Positions 1 to 12,774 of a stretch of DNA of 64,000 nucleotides are shown here, piece after piece. The position numbers and the translations under genes are program-made. Position 1 is the first letter of the stretch; each line of letters opens with the position of its first letter. Under the pieces are notes generated by a model that was given only the letters and a program-made list of their open reading frames with translations, ran no database searches and was not told the origin of the DNA. The DNA is taken from positions 365,434 to 429,433 of the forward strand of contig JAQGDQ010000183.1 in assembly GCA_030141605.1 (NCBI GenBank), read 5' to 3'. This DNA is from Tubiluchus corallicola. Taxonomy: Eukaryota > Animalia > Priapulida.

Positions 1-28
1 CAGGGAAATGTTTGCTTCAAAAGTTTTA

Positions 29-35
29 TTAAATG

Positions 36-75
<40 letters not shown>

Positions 76-117
76 TAATAATATTAATAATGATTATTAT
101 TATTATTAATATTATTA

Positions 118-197
<80 letters not shown>
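29..197. repeat. (AAT)n followed by (ATT)n microsatellite, self-complementary
   Basis: Read directly; explains the poly-Ile ORFs. Confidence 0.95.
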
Positions 198-404
198 GTG
201 ACTTTTGAAGAAACTCTCACTATTAGATGGAGTAGTTGAAATATGAAGTTATTTGTACTGTGTTAAGCTGTACTATCATTGAATTATAATGCAGTAGTAC
301 TCTCATGCTTGAATTTTTTGAAGTTTTCATAATTTGCATTTGTGTAATAAAATAAAAATTCGTCAAGTCGATCATCTTCCTATTTCCAATTTAATATTGT
401 TGTA

Positions 405-681
405 GTAATAATAATAATAATAATAATCTTTATTTAAAGTCGGCTTTTGGGTCAACAATTAACATTAGCTCAAAGAGCTATTATCGCCGACTGTAAATAA
501 CAACCTACAACTACATAACAGAGACTATTATTACCCCACTTTTACCCTAAATACCACGCGTCAGGCAGGACAACAGCAGGTACCATTTTTAAAGTCTTTG
601 GTATGACCCGGCCGCTGGTTCGAACTCACGACCTCCCAGACGGAAAGCAGACGCATTACCACTAGACTAAACCTTCTGGTC
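405..681 (-). mobile_element. tRNA-derived SINE with Meta domain (MetaSINE-like)
   Basis: The minus strand has a tRNA head (TAGTCTAGTGG box A, GTTCGAACC box B), the core GGTCATACCAAAGACTTTAAAAATGGTACC, a GTCGGC..GCCGAC stem-loop tail and an (ATT)n end; near-identical copy at 49400. Confidence 0.85.
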
Positions 682-937
682 GAGTGTAACGGTTTGACTG
701 TGATATACTATTGTTGCAACTTTTGACAATGGATGAATCGTAGCAGTGATGTAGTGCAGTAGTTATGATGGTAAGCGGTTGTGGCCGTGGCGATGACTAC
801 GGCAAGAATGGCTACAGTATCTACTTTGACAAATAATGTGCAACATTAATATCTATGAATGAACTAAACAGTAAATAGTTTTAACGTCGGTCAACAAATC
901 AAAATAATTTAAAAATTGGTTTACAGATTTCGGTTAA

Positions 938-1523
938 AGGAAGACAGGATGATTTTTCATATAATGCTCCATTTTCAAATCGTATACATTTTAACACAAT
1001 TAAAAACTGTTTCTGATAATTAAATTATGGATTAAAAACTTTATTAACGGTAGGCAAGCCCAAATGTTGATGACATCACAAACTAACATAATTTTCAGCA
1101 GTAAAAATGTTGCATAAGCGTGTTGCACGTATTTGCAAAAGCGAAAATTGACGTACGGCGCTACTGTAAGATATTCAATGTGTTGTACTAAAACTAGGCA
1201 AGTTTTAAGATAAAAATCCAAATTTACCTCTTCTGTGCTCATGCATGAGTTGTCGAATGTGTGTAGTTCGTAAGAAATGAACACATCTGAACTGAGAGGT
1301 ACAGCACCTGTTTTTGCCCAATTCATTTCCGAAATGCAGTGCTCGTCTAACTAGCGAATAGCAAAATGCATGTAACAGTGGAGAACTAGTGACGCGAACA
1401 TGGAATTGTGTTTGTGTGGTAATAATTTTTTCATTTTTTTTAAAAAAATAGTATGTTTCCTTTCAGTATTTTAAAGAGTAGATTGTTTTAACCAAGAGTT
1501 TAAGATTGGATCCGGTTTTGCTT
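938..1523. mobile_element. Possible Kolobok-like non-autonomous DNA element
   Basis: Flanked by TTAA with degenerate AG.. termini; 1450-1525 recurs inverted at 17912-17989. Confidence 0.35.
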
Positions 1524-1871
1524 TAACGTTTTGGAACGGACTGTAAGATAATGTCAGAAATATATTATAACCAAGGACTACTATACACAGGACGTGCAGG
1601 GCCAGATCTCTGACTCCGCTAGCGGAGGTGATCAATACTCGTAATGAACGTAATCTAGAAATAGTGCGCTTTAGAGAGTATAGTAGTCCTTGATTATAAC
1701 GTAACCAAGACCAAAGGCTGGAGAAGGTCTTGGAAAGGGTATGTGCAGAATGGTATGAGGTTCACAGGATTTGAACATGGTGCATGACAGTACTCCGAAT
1801 TTGATATTTTCTGTGCTTTGCAGAAATAACAAAGATGTTTTTGTTTCAATAAAGTGCGTTTTTTTTTCCAG

Positions 1872-1940
1872 GTAACCTGCGTACCTGTTTGCCTAATGAT
1901 ACGATTCAATGCGTTCAAGTCAAAGTGGCATCCACTGCAT
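1872..1940 (+). CDS. DEG/ENaC (ASIC-like) channel, internal coding exon (Cys-rich thumb region)
   Basis: ttccag|GT...GCAT|gtaagt; translates (G)NLRTCLPNDTIQCVQVKVASTA; phase 1/1 fits the next exon. Upstream exons were not found and probably lie outside the window. Confidence 0.8.
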
Positions 1941-2354
1941 GTAAGTCTTATGTGATATAGCATTATTGATTTTTTCTGGACAGTTCCTGAATGTTTTAGT
2001 TGCATATTTAAATTCCAGAGATGAGAATTTTCCGCGGATACGCGGAATTCCGAGTTTTTGGAAGACCTGTAGTGCCATTTTTGTAAATCGCGTAAATTCG
2101 AACCAGCCAACCATCCATTCACTGATCAGGTTTAGTGCTGTTCTTGACTTCAGTGCAGCACAGTGAAAATTCAGGCTGTACACCTCGTCTCCGTTATTAC
2201 CATAAGACTTCGTTCACACCACTTTTGCAAAGTGATAGAAATTTTGAAAGTCAAAATTCGTGACACGTAAACGCAGGCAGTTTTGATTAGCTAAACTATG
2301 CATCATGTCACATGACCCCCACGTTAACTCACCGATGCACTTGTGCTCTTTCAG

Positions 2355-2514
2355 TGCTGCATATTGGTAAACTAGCCGATGATTACAGTTGCACTAGTGC
2401 ATGCAACGTGCTCTATTACACATCGTCCGTGTCGTACGCCATGCTACCGAAGCGTAACGTTTTCGCAGACATTGTCAATGCCTGGGATGTCAACGTGTCC
2501 GCCTCCTACTTAAA
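2355..2514 (+). CDS. DEG/ENaC channel, internal coding exon
   Basis: ttcag|TG...TTAAA|gtaagt; LHIGKLADDYSCTSACNVLYYTSSVSYAMLPKRN...YLK matches the C-x3-C-x4-Y-x3-S-x-A-x2-P pattern of the family. Confidence 0.88.
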
Positions 2515-2680
2515 GTAAGTGTAAATAATGTTGATTTCGTTGTTTTTTCAGGAAAAATCCAGTAATTTTAAAACAAACGATTGAGTTAACACGTTTCTTG
2601 TCTGCCTTGTACATTGTTGTGTTAAAGCAGAGAGAAAGTTTTATTTTGCCATGTGAAAGCAATGCTTCTGTGAGTTTTTC

Positions 2681-2830
2681 GCCTTGTTTGACTTGTTCAA
2701 ACATGTTCTCTCTGAGAGCAAACTCGCTTTACGCCTTGTTTGACATGTTCAAACATGTTCTCTCTGAGAGCAAACTCGCTTTACGCCTTGTTTGACATGT
2801 TCAAACATGTTCTCTCTGCAGTAAACTCGC
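2681..2830. repeat. 52-bp tandem repeat, about 3 copies
   Basis: Unit gccttgtttgacatgttcaaacatgttctctctgagagcaaactcgctttac at 2681, 2733, 2785. Confidence 0.9.
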
Positions 2831-2848
2831 TAGTGTGAACTGCTTGGC

Positions 2849-3456
2849 GAGTTACTGTTGGCAAGTTATTGCAAACTCTCATACAGTTGCCGTGAGTTGA
2901 ATTTGTGAGAGTTACTGTTGGCAAGTTATTGCAAACTCTCAGACGGTTGCCGTGAGTTGAATTTGTGAGAGTTACTGTTGGCAAGTTATTGCAAACTCTC
3001 AGACGGTTGCCGTGAGTTGAATTTGTGAGAGTTACTGTTGGCAAGTTATTGCAAACTCTCAGACGGTGCCGCGAGTTGAATTTGTGAAAGTTACTGTTGG
3101 CAAGTTATTGCAAACTCTCAGACGGTGCTGTGAGTTGAATTTGTGAGAGTTACTGTTGGCAAGTTATTGCAAACTCTCAGACGGTTGCTGTGAGTTGAAT
3201 TTGTGAGAGTTACTGTTGGCAAGTTATTGCAAACTCTCAGACGGTTGCTGTGAGTTGAATTTGTGAGAGTTACTGTTGGCAAGTTATTGCAAACTCTCAG
3301 ACGGTTGCTGTGAGTTGAATTTGTGAGAGTTACTGTTGGCAAGTTATTGCAAACTCTCAGACGGTTGCTGTGAGTTGAATTTGTGAGAGTTACTGTTGGC
3401 AAATTATTGCAAACTCTCAGACGGTTGCCGTGAGTTGAATTTGTGAGAGTTACTGT
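2849..3456. repeat. 60-bp minisatellite, about 10 copies
   Basis: Unit gagttactgttggcaagttattgcaaactctcagacggttgctgtgagttgaatttgtga. Confidence 0.95.
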
Positions 3457-3705
3457 CAAGTGTGAACGCCTCGGCAAGTTAACACCGATACTCGGAGTAA
3501 ATGGAGAAGTGTGTGTCGGCAGAAGCGCTTACTGTCTGAGAGTAACTCGCAACAATTTTTGCTCTATAAAGCGAATGAATGTGACAAAGATCGCTATTAT
3601 TCTGTCGTTAAATTATTGCCGTCGTAGCAGCCGTAACTTCTTCTTCTCTTTTTCTCAATCTTTGTCTATTATTTTATCTTAACTATCTATCTATCTTTTA
3701 TATCA

Positions 3706-3873
3706 TCTCATATATGACCTTCATTCATTACATCATTCCATTCTGTAGCACTAAATGTTTTCTTTATCACACGATTCACTTCAAATTTCCAGTTTATTTC
3801 CATTACTTTTTTTCTTTCACTGTGAGGGACAATCTAACAAGCCCTGCTTTTTGATTGCCCGCAACACATTTAC
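3706..3873 (+). mobile_element. Retroposon 3'-tail fragment with stem-loop; inverted copy at 7593-7756
   Basis: gggacaatc..ttgattgccc hairpin; reverse-complement match to 7593-7756. Confidence 0.6.
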
Positions 3874-4720
3874 ATTTGTATATATAGTAAACCTAAACTA
3901 TGGTATATCGAAACTAGTTACGTGCTCAAAGTAAACTGTATACGAATTTACTAAGCAACATACATTAGCGATAATTCTCTTGTTTATCTTTCAATCCTGC
4001 AGTGTTTTGAGAGTCAAGTTAGTATATTTGTAATGATGCTGTACACAACGTTGTTTAGACATCAGTATTAAAGGAAGTAGCGATATCACTATCTTTGTTT
4101 ACCATAGGTTGAACTATGTCTAAAGACAGTTTAAATCATTTTTTCCAAAATTTGCTTCCTATAATGTATCTTACTGTTTCTTATTCATTGAATTATTGAT
4201 AACTTTTTCTTTCTTTTAATGTATTAATTGTGTATTTGTGTTGATGTGAAATAAATAAACTTATTCACGGCTTTGTGAAACCGGTATGATAAAATTTCCA
4301 AGGTCGCCTCATGCAGCGCTTGGCTTTCACTCTGCAGTGTTTATTGTATAAGGGCTGTCTAAACCTCAATGAAAGAAAAGCACCTAGCTACATATTGGTA
4401 AGAAAGATAAGTGGTTTCAAGCAAGTAGAAAGAAATTAATTACCAGAAACCATAAAGAAACTCACACAATGTTTAATTTATATGATTTAAGCAGCATTGA
4501 TTTTTGCCTTTGTAACGTCTCTCAATTCTTTTACATTAATTTCTGTGGAAATCTTGGCTTCGTTTAACGATGTTTTGCCTAATGTCACATTTTGCTGGAA
4601 CGCATTAGCGTCGTTAATCGAGGAGACTTGCCGTATATGAAAGAAACTGTTCACCTCTTAACCCGCTTGTTTTTCTGTTTCGTTTCATCACATTTTTTCA
4701 AATGTTTCTGCTAATTTTAG

Positions 4721-4812
4721 AGAAAATCTCGTGATGGTCGACTTGTATTTCAACAGCCTGGACTACGTCCAGTTGGAAGAACGAAGAGCTACAACGGGTG
4801 TCCAGACTCTCA
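4721..4812 (+). CDS. DEG/ENaC channel, pre-TM2 exon
   Basis: ttttag|A...CTCA|gtgagt; ENLVMVDLYFNSLDYVQLEERRATTGVQTL matches the conserved EN-x4-D-x-YF-x2-L-x-Y segment. Confidence 0.92.
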
Positions 4813-4838
4813 GTGAGTGTTTTTACTTTTTTCCCCAA

Positions 4839-5643
4839 ACAGTATTGTGACTAAATTACAAGCAGTATTGTGACTAAATTACAAGCAGTATTGTGACTAA
4901 ATTACAAGCAGTATTGTGACTAAATTACAAGCAGTATTGTGACTAAATTACAAGCAGTATTGTGACTAAATTACAAACAGTATTGTGACTAAATTACAAG
5001 CAGTATTGTGACTAAATTACAAACAGTATTGTGACTAAATTACACGCAGTATTGTGACTAAATTACAAACAGTATTGTGACTAAATTACACGCAGTATTG
5101 TGACTAAATTACAAACAATATTGTGACTAAATTACAAGCAATATTGTGACTAAATTACAAGCAGTATTGTGACTAAATTACACGCAGTATTGTGACTAAA
5201 TTACAAGCAGTATTGTGACTAAATTACAAGCAATATTGTGACTAAATTACAAGCAGTATTGTGACTAAATTACAAGCAATATTGTGACTAAATTACAAGC
5301 AGTATTGTGACTAAATTACAAGCAGTATTGTGACTAAATTACAAGCAATATTGTGACTAAATTACAAGCAGTATTGTGACTAAATTACAAGCAATATTGT
5401 GACTAAATTACAAGCAGTATTGTGACTAAATTACAAGCAGTATTGTGACTAAATTACAAGCAGTATTGTGACTAAATTACAAGCAGTATTGTGACTAAAT
5501 TACAAGCAGTATTGTGACTAAATTACAAGCAGTATTGTGACTAAATTACAAGCAGTATTGTGACTAAATTACAAGCAGTATTGTGACTAAATTACAAGCA
5601 GTATTGTGACTAAATTACAAGCAGTATTGTGACTAAATTACAA
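4839..5643. repeat. 23-bp minisatellite, about 35 copies
   Basis: Unit gcagtattgtgactaaattacaa; runs directly into the LINE RT frame. Confidence 0.97.
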
Positions 5644-6725
5644 AGCACTGTACATATTCTGTTTACTGACGCATCAAAAGCGTTCGATAGAATAAACTAT
5701 CTCAAACTGTTCCTAAACCTTGTCAATACTAACCTACCAAATGTAGTAATTAGACTTTTGCTTTTTTATTACACGGAACAACGTATGTTGGTTAGATGGG
5801 GTAAATTTAACTCTGATAGTTTTGCAGTAGGTAACGGAATTTGTCAAGGTGGAAAAATGTCTCCACTGTTATTTAACTTCTATTTTAAAAATCTTACTGC
5901 TGAACTTACTAACTCTGGTGTGGGTTGTCATATTGCAGAAGCCTGCATTAATCACTTGATGTATGCTGATGACATATGTCTTTTAGCAACAACGTCGACG
6001 CTTTGCAGAGACTGCTAGATATTTTTAATAAATTTGCTAAAGAATATCATATCCTTGTAAATGTGAATAAGACTAAACTTGTCACGTTTCGCTCCGCCCA
6101 CATGCAGCAGTTTACTTCTGTTGTTTTGCAGTGTAAAAGTTTTGTACCTAGTAAAAAGGAAAAATATCTGAGTCATATTTTATCAGATGACAATAGAGAT
6201 GATTTAGATATATTACGACAATGTTCAATTTACTATGGTAGAGCAAATAAATTACACATGAAATTTACTCACTGTTCAGTTAACGTGAAGAGACAATTGT
6301 TTAATGCTTACTGCACTACTTTTTATTGTATGTCCACTTGGAGACATTTTTATTCTTACAATCTTAGCAAACTCAAGGTTGCATATAATGTATCAACACG
6401 GAAGCTGTTTAACTTTGCATATGATACGAGCGCTAGATATATTTCTACTAGACTTAATCCTATTTATTTTGATGTGATTCACAGAAAATGTGCATACAGT
6501 TTACACGTCAGGCTGAATAAGAGTGAAAATTTTATATGCAAGAACATTTTAAACAGTGATGTAAACTTTACTTCTGTAATTAGACGTCATTAGCGTAATT
6601 TGTTATATCGTTAATTGTTATTTGTGTTATTGTTGTGTGTCATGATTTATTGTATTATTTGTATTAATTTGTAATTGTGTATGTGAACTTTGTAAAGTTT
6701 GAAATAAAATATTAAATCAAAATCT
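5629..6725 (+). mobile_element. 5'-truncated non-LTR retrotransposon (RTE-X-like), RT pseudogene with frameshift
   Basis: DASKAFDR, NGICQGGKMSP, NHLMYADD, then KYLSH, LFNAYC and VAYN in a second frame; 3'UTR with AATAAA near 6703. Confidence 0.88.
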
Positions 6726-7592
6726 AAGAGGTGATACAGATATGATGCAGAAAAGAAAAGTGTTTTAACTTGACTTTAATACAGAGTTAAAGAAATTTGT
6801 TGTTCTGAAATAGACATTAGTTGTGAATTTACAAAACAAGCTACAAGCTGTACTCTTGTTTTTGCTTATATGAATTTGCCCCCCCCCCCGATTTCTCTCG
6901 TTTAAACCCAGGCGGTTTGTCAAATTTTCTGTCTGTTTGGCAGTATGGCAGTTGAAAATGCTGAGATGCTGTTTGCTAGGTGGTCACCTATCCATTTACT
7001 GACAACTGTTACTTGAGTTTAGTTTGCTTAGAGCAAACAGTAAGCACCCAGCTACTAAAAACCACTACATTCACAGGTTATATATAAAGATATGAAAGCC
7101 ACCATGACAGAAAAGAAATGCACGTCCAAGTCTGGAAAAAATTTGCATACGAATTTGTGAAATATGTGTCATTAACATTTTGATGAAGCCAGAGCGTACT
7201 AAACTAAACACACTGAACTGAAACCACACACAAGTATAGTACACTAGGGTTTAGCATTCTCTACAACAAAACAAATTTGAATCGAATCGAATTTTCGCGC
7301 TTTCGAATCCGAATCGAATTCGAATTTGGTTCCAAAGATTTTCGAATAGATTTGTAATAGAAAGCTGTCTCGGAAAGATTGTGCATATTGCTTGATTTTG
7401 TTCCTCAGCAAAAACACTAATAGTAGTTAAAATAGTATGTCATAAGTCATAAGTCATTTATTTCACCTTACACATTTACAATAGTTTCATGTACAATATC
7501 TAGTGAAAGGGCCTACAATGAAAGTAATGCAAATAAGTTTTTATTCTTTCTGCACAGGAAAAGCCTCAAACACTGTTCACCTATATACGAAG

Positions 7593-7756
7593 GTAAATGT
7601 GTTGCGGGCAATCAAAAAGCAGGGCTTGTTAGATTGTCCCACACAGTGAAAGAAAAAAAGTAATGGACATAATCTGAAAATTTAAAGTGAATCGTGATAA
7701 AAAAAACATTAGTGCTTAAAATGGAATGATGTAATGAATGAAGCTCAAATATGAGA
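7593..7756 (-). mobile_element. Retroposon 3'-tail fragment, second copy
   Basis: Reverse complement of 3706-3873. Confidence 0.6.
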
Positions 7757-7883
7757 GAACAGAAACTCATATATGTAAAACAGAAACTACAAATAAATTC
7801 TGCTGATTGCAGGATGTTTTATTTATTTGAATCGAATTTGAAAGTTAAAGTACACCTTTAATGTAATTAGGTTTTTCTTGCAG

Positions 7884-8080
7884 GTGACATTGGTGGTCAG
7901 CTGGGTTTGTTCATCGGAGCTAGCATCATCACATTGTTTGAAGCGCTAGCTTTTCTACTGGCTATGCTCTACTACAACTTTGTCTGGCCGTTCAGACAGC
8001 AGGCTAAACAGAGGGCGCTGGCTTCGGATGCCAGAACTGCTGAGACCGAACTGAACTCACCATCCCCAATAAGTCTCTGA
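7884..8080 (+). CDS. DEG/ENaC channel, terminal exon with TM2 and GAS selectivity filter
   Basis: ttgcag|GT GAC ATT; SDIGGQLGLFIGASIITLFEALAFLLAMLYY...SPISL*; stop TGA ends at 8080; phases are consistent across all four exons. Confidence 0.95.
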
Positions 8081-8698
8081 TGTCTGTCGGGCTCAGTTTG
8101 TCTGTCCCAGTAATCTTATTTCCCCCTCACAAGTTCTACACAATTTTTACTTGTGTGCTTGCGTAGCAAAATCGTCCATAAGTCGGCAAGGTTTTCCAGT
8201 TAGTCACACATCCTGAATCTCCATTTCATGAGGATCATTTTGATTCCAAGTTCATCGCTCTATGTTATTTCTAAGTTGAGATAATCCACGTTGAAGTTGA
8301 GGTGCAGGCTACATAATCTTGAGAAAATAACTGTTAAAGTCAGCCATTGTTTTTTGTCGCGTTTCTGCAAAACACTTTGCAACTGCACAAATCTTGGTTG
8401 CTACGGACTTTGCAAAAGCATTCGGTCGTGCCTCCTTGCTTGTTCCTGCTGCCACAATCTTATCCGGGAAATGTGTAACGTATAAGCCATTTTATTGTGA
8501 TATTTTAAATCTGGAATTCCCGTGTGAATAGTAGTTTTATAAACACCAAAGTGTTTCCTAGTTATCTTGTATTTAGCTGTATAGATTTATATTTGATGAA
8601 AAGTTGTTATATTTATCATTGAAAATTTGCATTTATTATGACTGAGGAACAAAATAAATTTGGTATTGTAATTTGATGTAACACTTAATAGTGTAATA

Positions 8699-9106
8699 CA
8701 GGGGTGTGCAAATTATCTGACTAGCCGGGCCACATTAAACTTTCCCGCAATTCCTGTGGGCCACAGGCAGTTTGGTCAAGCAGCCAAGTACAGTAGGACC
8801 TAATAACGATTTTTTTTTTGCATCCGACCTGCGTACATCATTACTACTACACTCAAGAAAGTATTTTAGAAGTTATTAAAATTTATATTAAAAACCATAT
8901 ATTTCGTCATGTCCTACAGTGACATTAAGTGACAACGGTCTTGTAAGGGTTAATGCCATCCGATCTAGAGGAAAAAACTACCCGCACTATCTTTGCGATA
9001 TTGGCGCAGACTTCAGCTGGATCGCGTGGGCCGCACTTTCATTACGTTGACAAACCTCTGCGGGCCGCACAAGATCTCTCGGCGGGCTGCAGTTTGCACA
9101 TCCCTG
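8699..9106 (+). mobile_element. hAT (Charlie-like) MITE family A, short variant
   Basis: TIR CAGGGGTGTGCAAA; 8-bp TSD gtgtaata. Confidence 0.93.
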
Positions 9107-10064
9107 GTGTAATACTTCATATTTCAAGGCCTTGTAATTGTGTAATAAGTAATAATTCAAGACGCTGTTATCTCTCGGGTGCTGACGTATTGTCGACTGG
9201 TACGGTCCAGCTTTTGTCTGTCCAACTTGGGTCGTCCGGTATTAATTGTGCATCGTGTCAGTTGAGCATCGAATTCTTTTCTTAGCTATTCTTGCAAACT
9301 TTAGCGATTATGAGAGTGCTTAAAACTGAAGTTTCTAACAGTGTAAATGGTTGAAACCTTGCAAAGCCATTTTCATCTGCGATTACAACGGTTGTGAAGC
9401 CGGTGAATTGAGAATCGCAAGCCGACGTCATTGCGGCAGGACCGGAACGCAGTTAATTACCGATGATAACTGTCTAAGATGAGGCACGGCATATCCGCAT
9501 TCGTTACTAAATGTGATGCGTAACTAGAGGCAGCATAGCAAATGAAACTGCCCAACTGTGATTTTCCCGTCGCACATCTATTGGCTAAACAAGCCCAGTG
9601 CTGCTTGACTTTTGTTGTCCAGCAAATGGCATGAGTCATGGTTTATTGAGAAAGCTGGCAGTCTCAGTCTGTGCGTATCATTTGTACGGGGCTGTAAATT
9701 TGCTCTAATGATAATGTACAGTAGCATCACTTACACAATGAACATCATTTTGTCGTGAGCAATAGCTGTTGTTTTTATAGTGCTGCTGTGATTAAATCCC
9801 CCCTCCCCCAACGAGTTGCTGTCGAGAATTTTTGTCAACAGTTGGGCCTACAAGAGTCGCTAGTGTGTCAGCATCCTTTGCAGCAAAACAGAAAGAAAAT
9901 TTAATGTATCAACTTAATCGTGTCATGTGAACAGTAAATGGGAATAACTGATTATGAAAGTTATGAAAGATGCCGATAGAAAGATTATGTTGTTATTGAA
10001 ATTTGTTGGATAAAATTTTTATATGAAACTATTTATGTACGTGTTACACATACGAAAGATAAGT

Positions 10065-10475
10065 AGAGTGTACTTTACAAAATGGAATTTACTGCCATCT
10101 GGCTTCAAACAAACTGTTCAATATCAAGGCATCTAAAACAAAGAAATTTACCAGAATTTAGAAACAACATTGAAGTGCAATTCAGTATTTAGATAGCCAA
10201 AAGATATATGATATCTTTTATATAGATAATTTATCAATTTACCTTACAGATTACATTAATTGGTTAAATTATCTATGTCATATTATATAGATAATTTAAC
10301 AATTTACCAAATTATCTATATAATGTTTATCATATATCTTTTGGCTATCTAACTACTGAATTGCATTTCAATGTTGTTTCTAAATTCTGGTAAATTTCTT
10401 TGTTTTTAGATGCCTTGATAATGAACAGTTTGTTCGAAACCAGTCGGCAATGAATTCAATTTTAATGTAGTTACA
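10065..10475. repeat. Long inverted repeat / fold-back (arms about 150-170 bp)
   Basis: 10081-10232 is the reverse complement of about 10309-10463, with a short internally palindromic spacer. Confidence 0.9.
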
Positions 10476-10662
10476 TCTATTTGCCAAATATGGATAATTC
10501 AAACTGTACTTATATTTCTGTTGCAAAATATACATAATTTTAACATAGTACCACTGTTGTTGTGTTTGTTAGTGTGAGCATATGAATAAACATGTAGTTT
10601 GGTTTAGTACTGTAAAATGTGTACAAACTAACTCTGTCCTTTCAACCCAGAATAATGTAAGG

Positions 10663-11150
10663 CAGAGGTGTGCAAATTATCTGACTAGCTGGGCCACATT
10701 AAACATTCCCACAATTCCTGCGGGCCACAGGCAGTTTGATCAAGGAGCCAAGTACAGAAAGGCCTAATAACGATTTTTTGCATCCGACCTGCGTACATCA
10801 TTACTATTACACTCAAGAAACTATTTTAGAAGTTATTAAAATTTATATTACAAACCATATATTTCTACTTTCAGGACAAATAGTGGTAATTTCATTACAA
10901 TGCATATTAGTAATGTGTATCACACAGTCTGTGTAGTACAGTGACATTAAACTACAACCGTCTTGTAAGGGTTAATGGCATCCGATCTAGTAGAAAAAAC
11001 TACCCGCACTATCTTTGGGATCGTGGCACGGACTTCAGCTGGATACACTCAATTAATCGCCCGGGCCGCACTTTCATTATGTTGACAAATCTCTTCACGG
11101 GCCGCACAAATTCTCTCGGCGGGCCGCGGGCCGCAATTTGCACACCGCTG
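10663..11150 (+). mobile_element. hAT MITE family A, long variant
   Basis: Same TIR; TSD atgtaagg. Confidence 0.93.
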
Positions 11151-12367
11151 ATGTAAGGGCTGCAGTCTTCTGAGTTGAAATTACAAAAAACGAGTCACCC
11201 AGGATATCCACCCACTCAAGCAATATTTTGAATACGGTCATATGTCAATGCATTATAACTACAACCTGTAAATTGTAAAGGTAATACTTGTGCAAACAAA
11301 CTAACAAATAAATCAACACAACAACAACAAAGGCGTTTACGAATTCAAATGTTTAATGAAAGTTCGCATAAATAAATCACTGGTAAAAACACGTTTATCA
11401 ACAGTACACTAGTAAATGCCACGTAAACAATGTAAACAACTATGTAAACAATAGGCCCGTGAACTAGCTAGAAAAAATGACTAATTATTGACAGTATATC
11501 ACTAGGTAACGTGACATGTTTTGGCAAGGAATGGAATGTTATTTTGCGTCAAAAACAAATTTTGGTCTAGTTTTTGTAGACGTTTTAGAAACTTCAACAA
11601 TAACTGTGGGGATTTGCCGGATTTATGTCACCCACATACTTCTGGGAAGGTCCAATGTCTTATAATTAATATTGCTATAGATGTATATAACTGTTTAATG
11701 TGTAGCAGAAGATACATTGACTGATATGCAAGATTGTTTACACAAACAATTAATTCACATCAAAACTAACATTAAGGCTCTACGAAGAAATGCTCCGCGA
11801 TATGGACACTATCATACAATGTGAAACCATTGCCTTACTGACACTGCAACCATCAATCCAAAAATCCTACCAATTGCAGCTTAACCATTTCAAAAGAAGG
11901 ACACGTACAACTGCTAGACAATAAAGCATGTTTTCAAAAGGTTTAGGAAACGCCGCAAGACTCCTAACGGGTTCATGCGATTTTTGTGAGTTTACTTGGC
12001 TTCAAACTAATCGGAATACGTTCATATGTAAATGTTCAACTGTGGGTTTCCTGGAAAAAATATGAGTAACCACGCGCAAACATGTTTAGACAAACATAGA
12101 AACACAGACAATGCCAAATTGTAAAATTACAGTCATCCGGTCATTGTCTTGAATTTTGAGTACTTTCAAAATCTTGAGTACTTTGAGTACACTCCCTTGC
12201 TGACAAAAGGCCCCATCTTCCACTTACGAAACTGAATTGCGGACAAAAATGATAATTCGCAAATTGTCAAACTGAAAACAAAAACATGAAATAAACACTC
12301 TGTTTTCTGACATTCCTAACACGAAGGCTATGTACACAGACCATTCGGCACCTTGCTGCCTTTTGAC

Positions 12368-12774
12368 TAGGGGTGAGCATTCTCTGCCAGAAAGCGAATT
12401 CGAATCGAACCGAATTTGTGACTTTCGAATTCGAATCGAACCGAACTTCAGTGTTTCGAATTCGAACCGAATTCGAATTGAGATCGAAAGATTTTCGAAC
12501 AAGTTTTCGAACCACCAGTAAAAATTAGTCTTACAAAGATCATGCATATCACTAGATTTTGTTCTGCAATAAAACGACTAGTAATTTGTTTAAAATTGTG
12601 CACAGAAATCACAGCTAAATTATTCTAATTGCACGATGTTTCAATCGTTTTAGTGATAAAGAACATGTGTGATTGAAGTGCTGAATTATTCGAATCTATA
12701 GTTTGGGATTCGAATCGAGTTCGAACTAAAAAAACTCGTTCGAATCGAATTCGAACGTTCGATGCTCACCCCTA
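12368..12774 (+). mobile_element. hAT MITE family B (TAGGGGTGAGCA TIR, TTCGAA-rich subterminal repeats)
   Basis: TSD cttttgac; copy at 62469; older partial relative near 7245-7440. Confidence 0.92.

Noticed and set aside
590-681. tRNA gene (also 49590-49676, 27505-27565, 62236-62300)
   Set aside because: These have no proper acceptor stem and are SINE heads or remnants.
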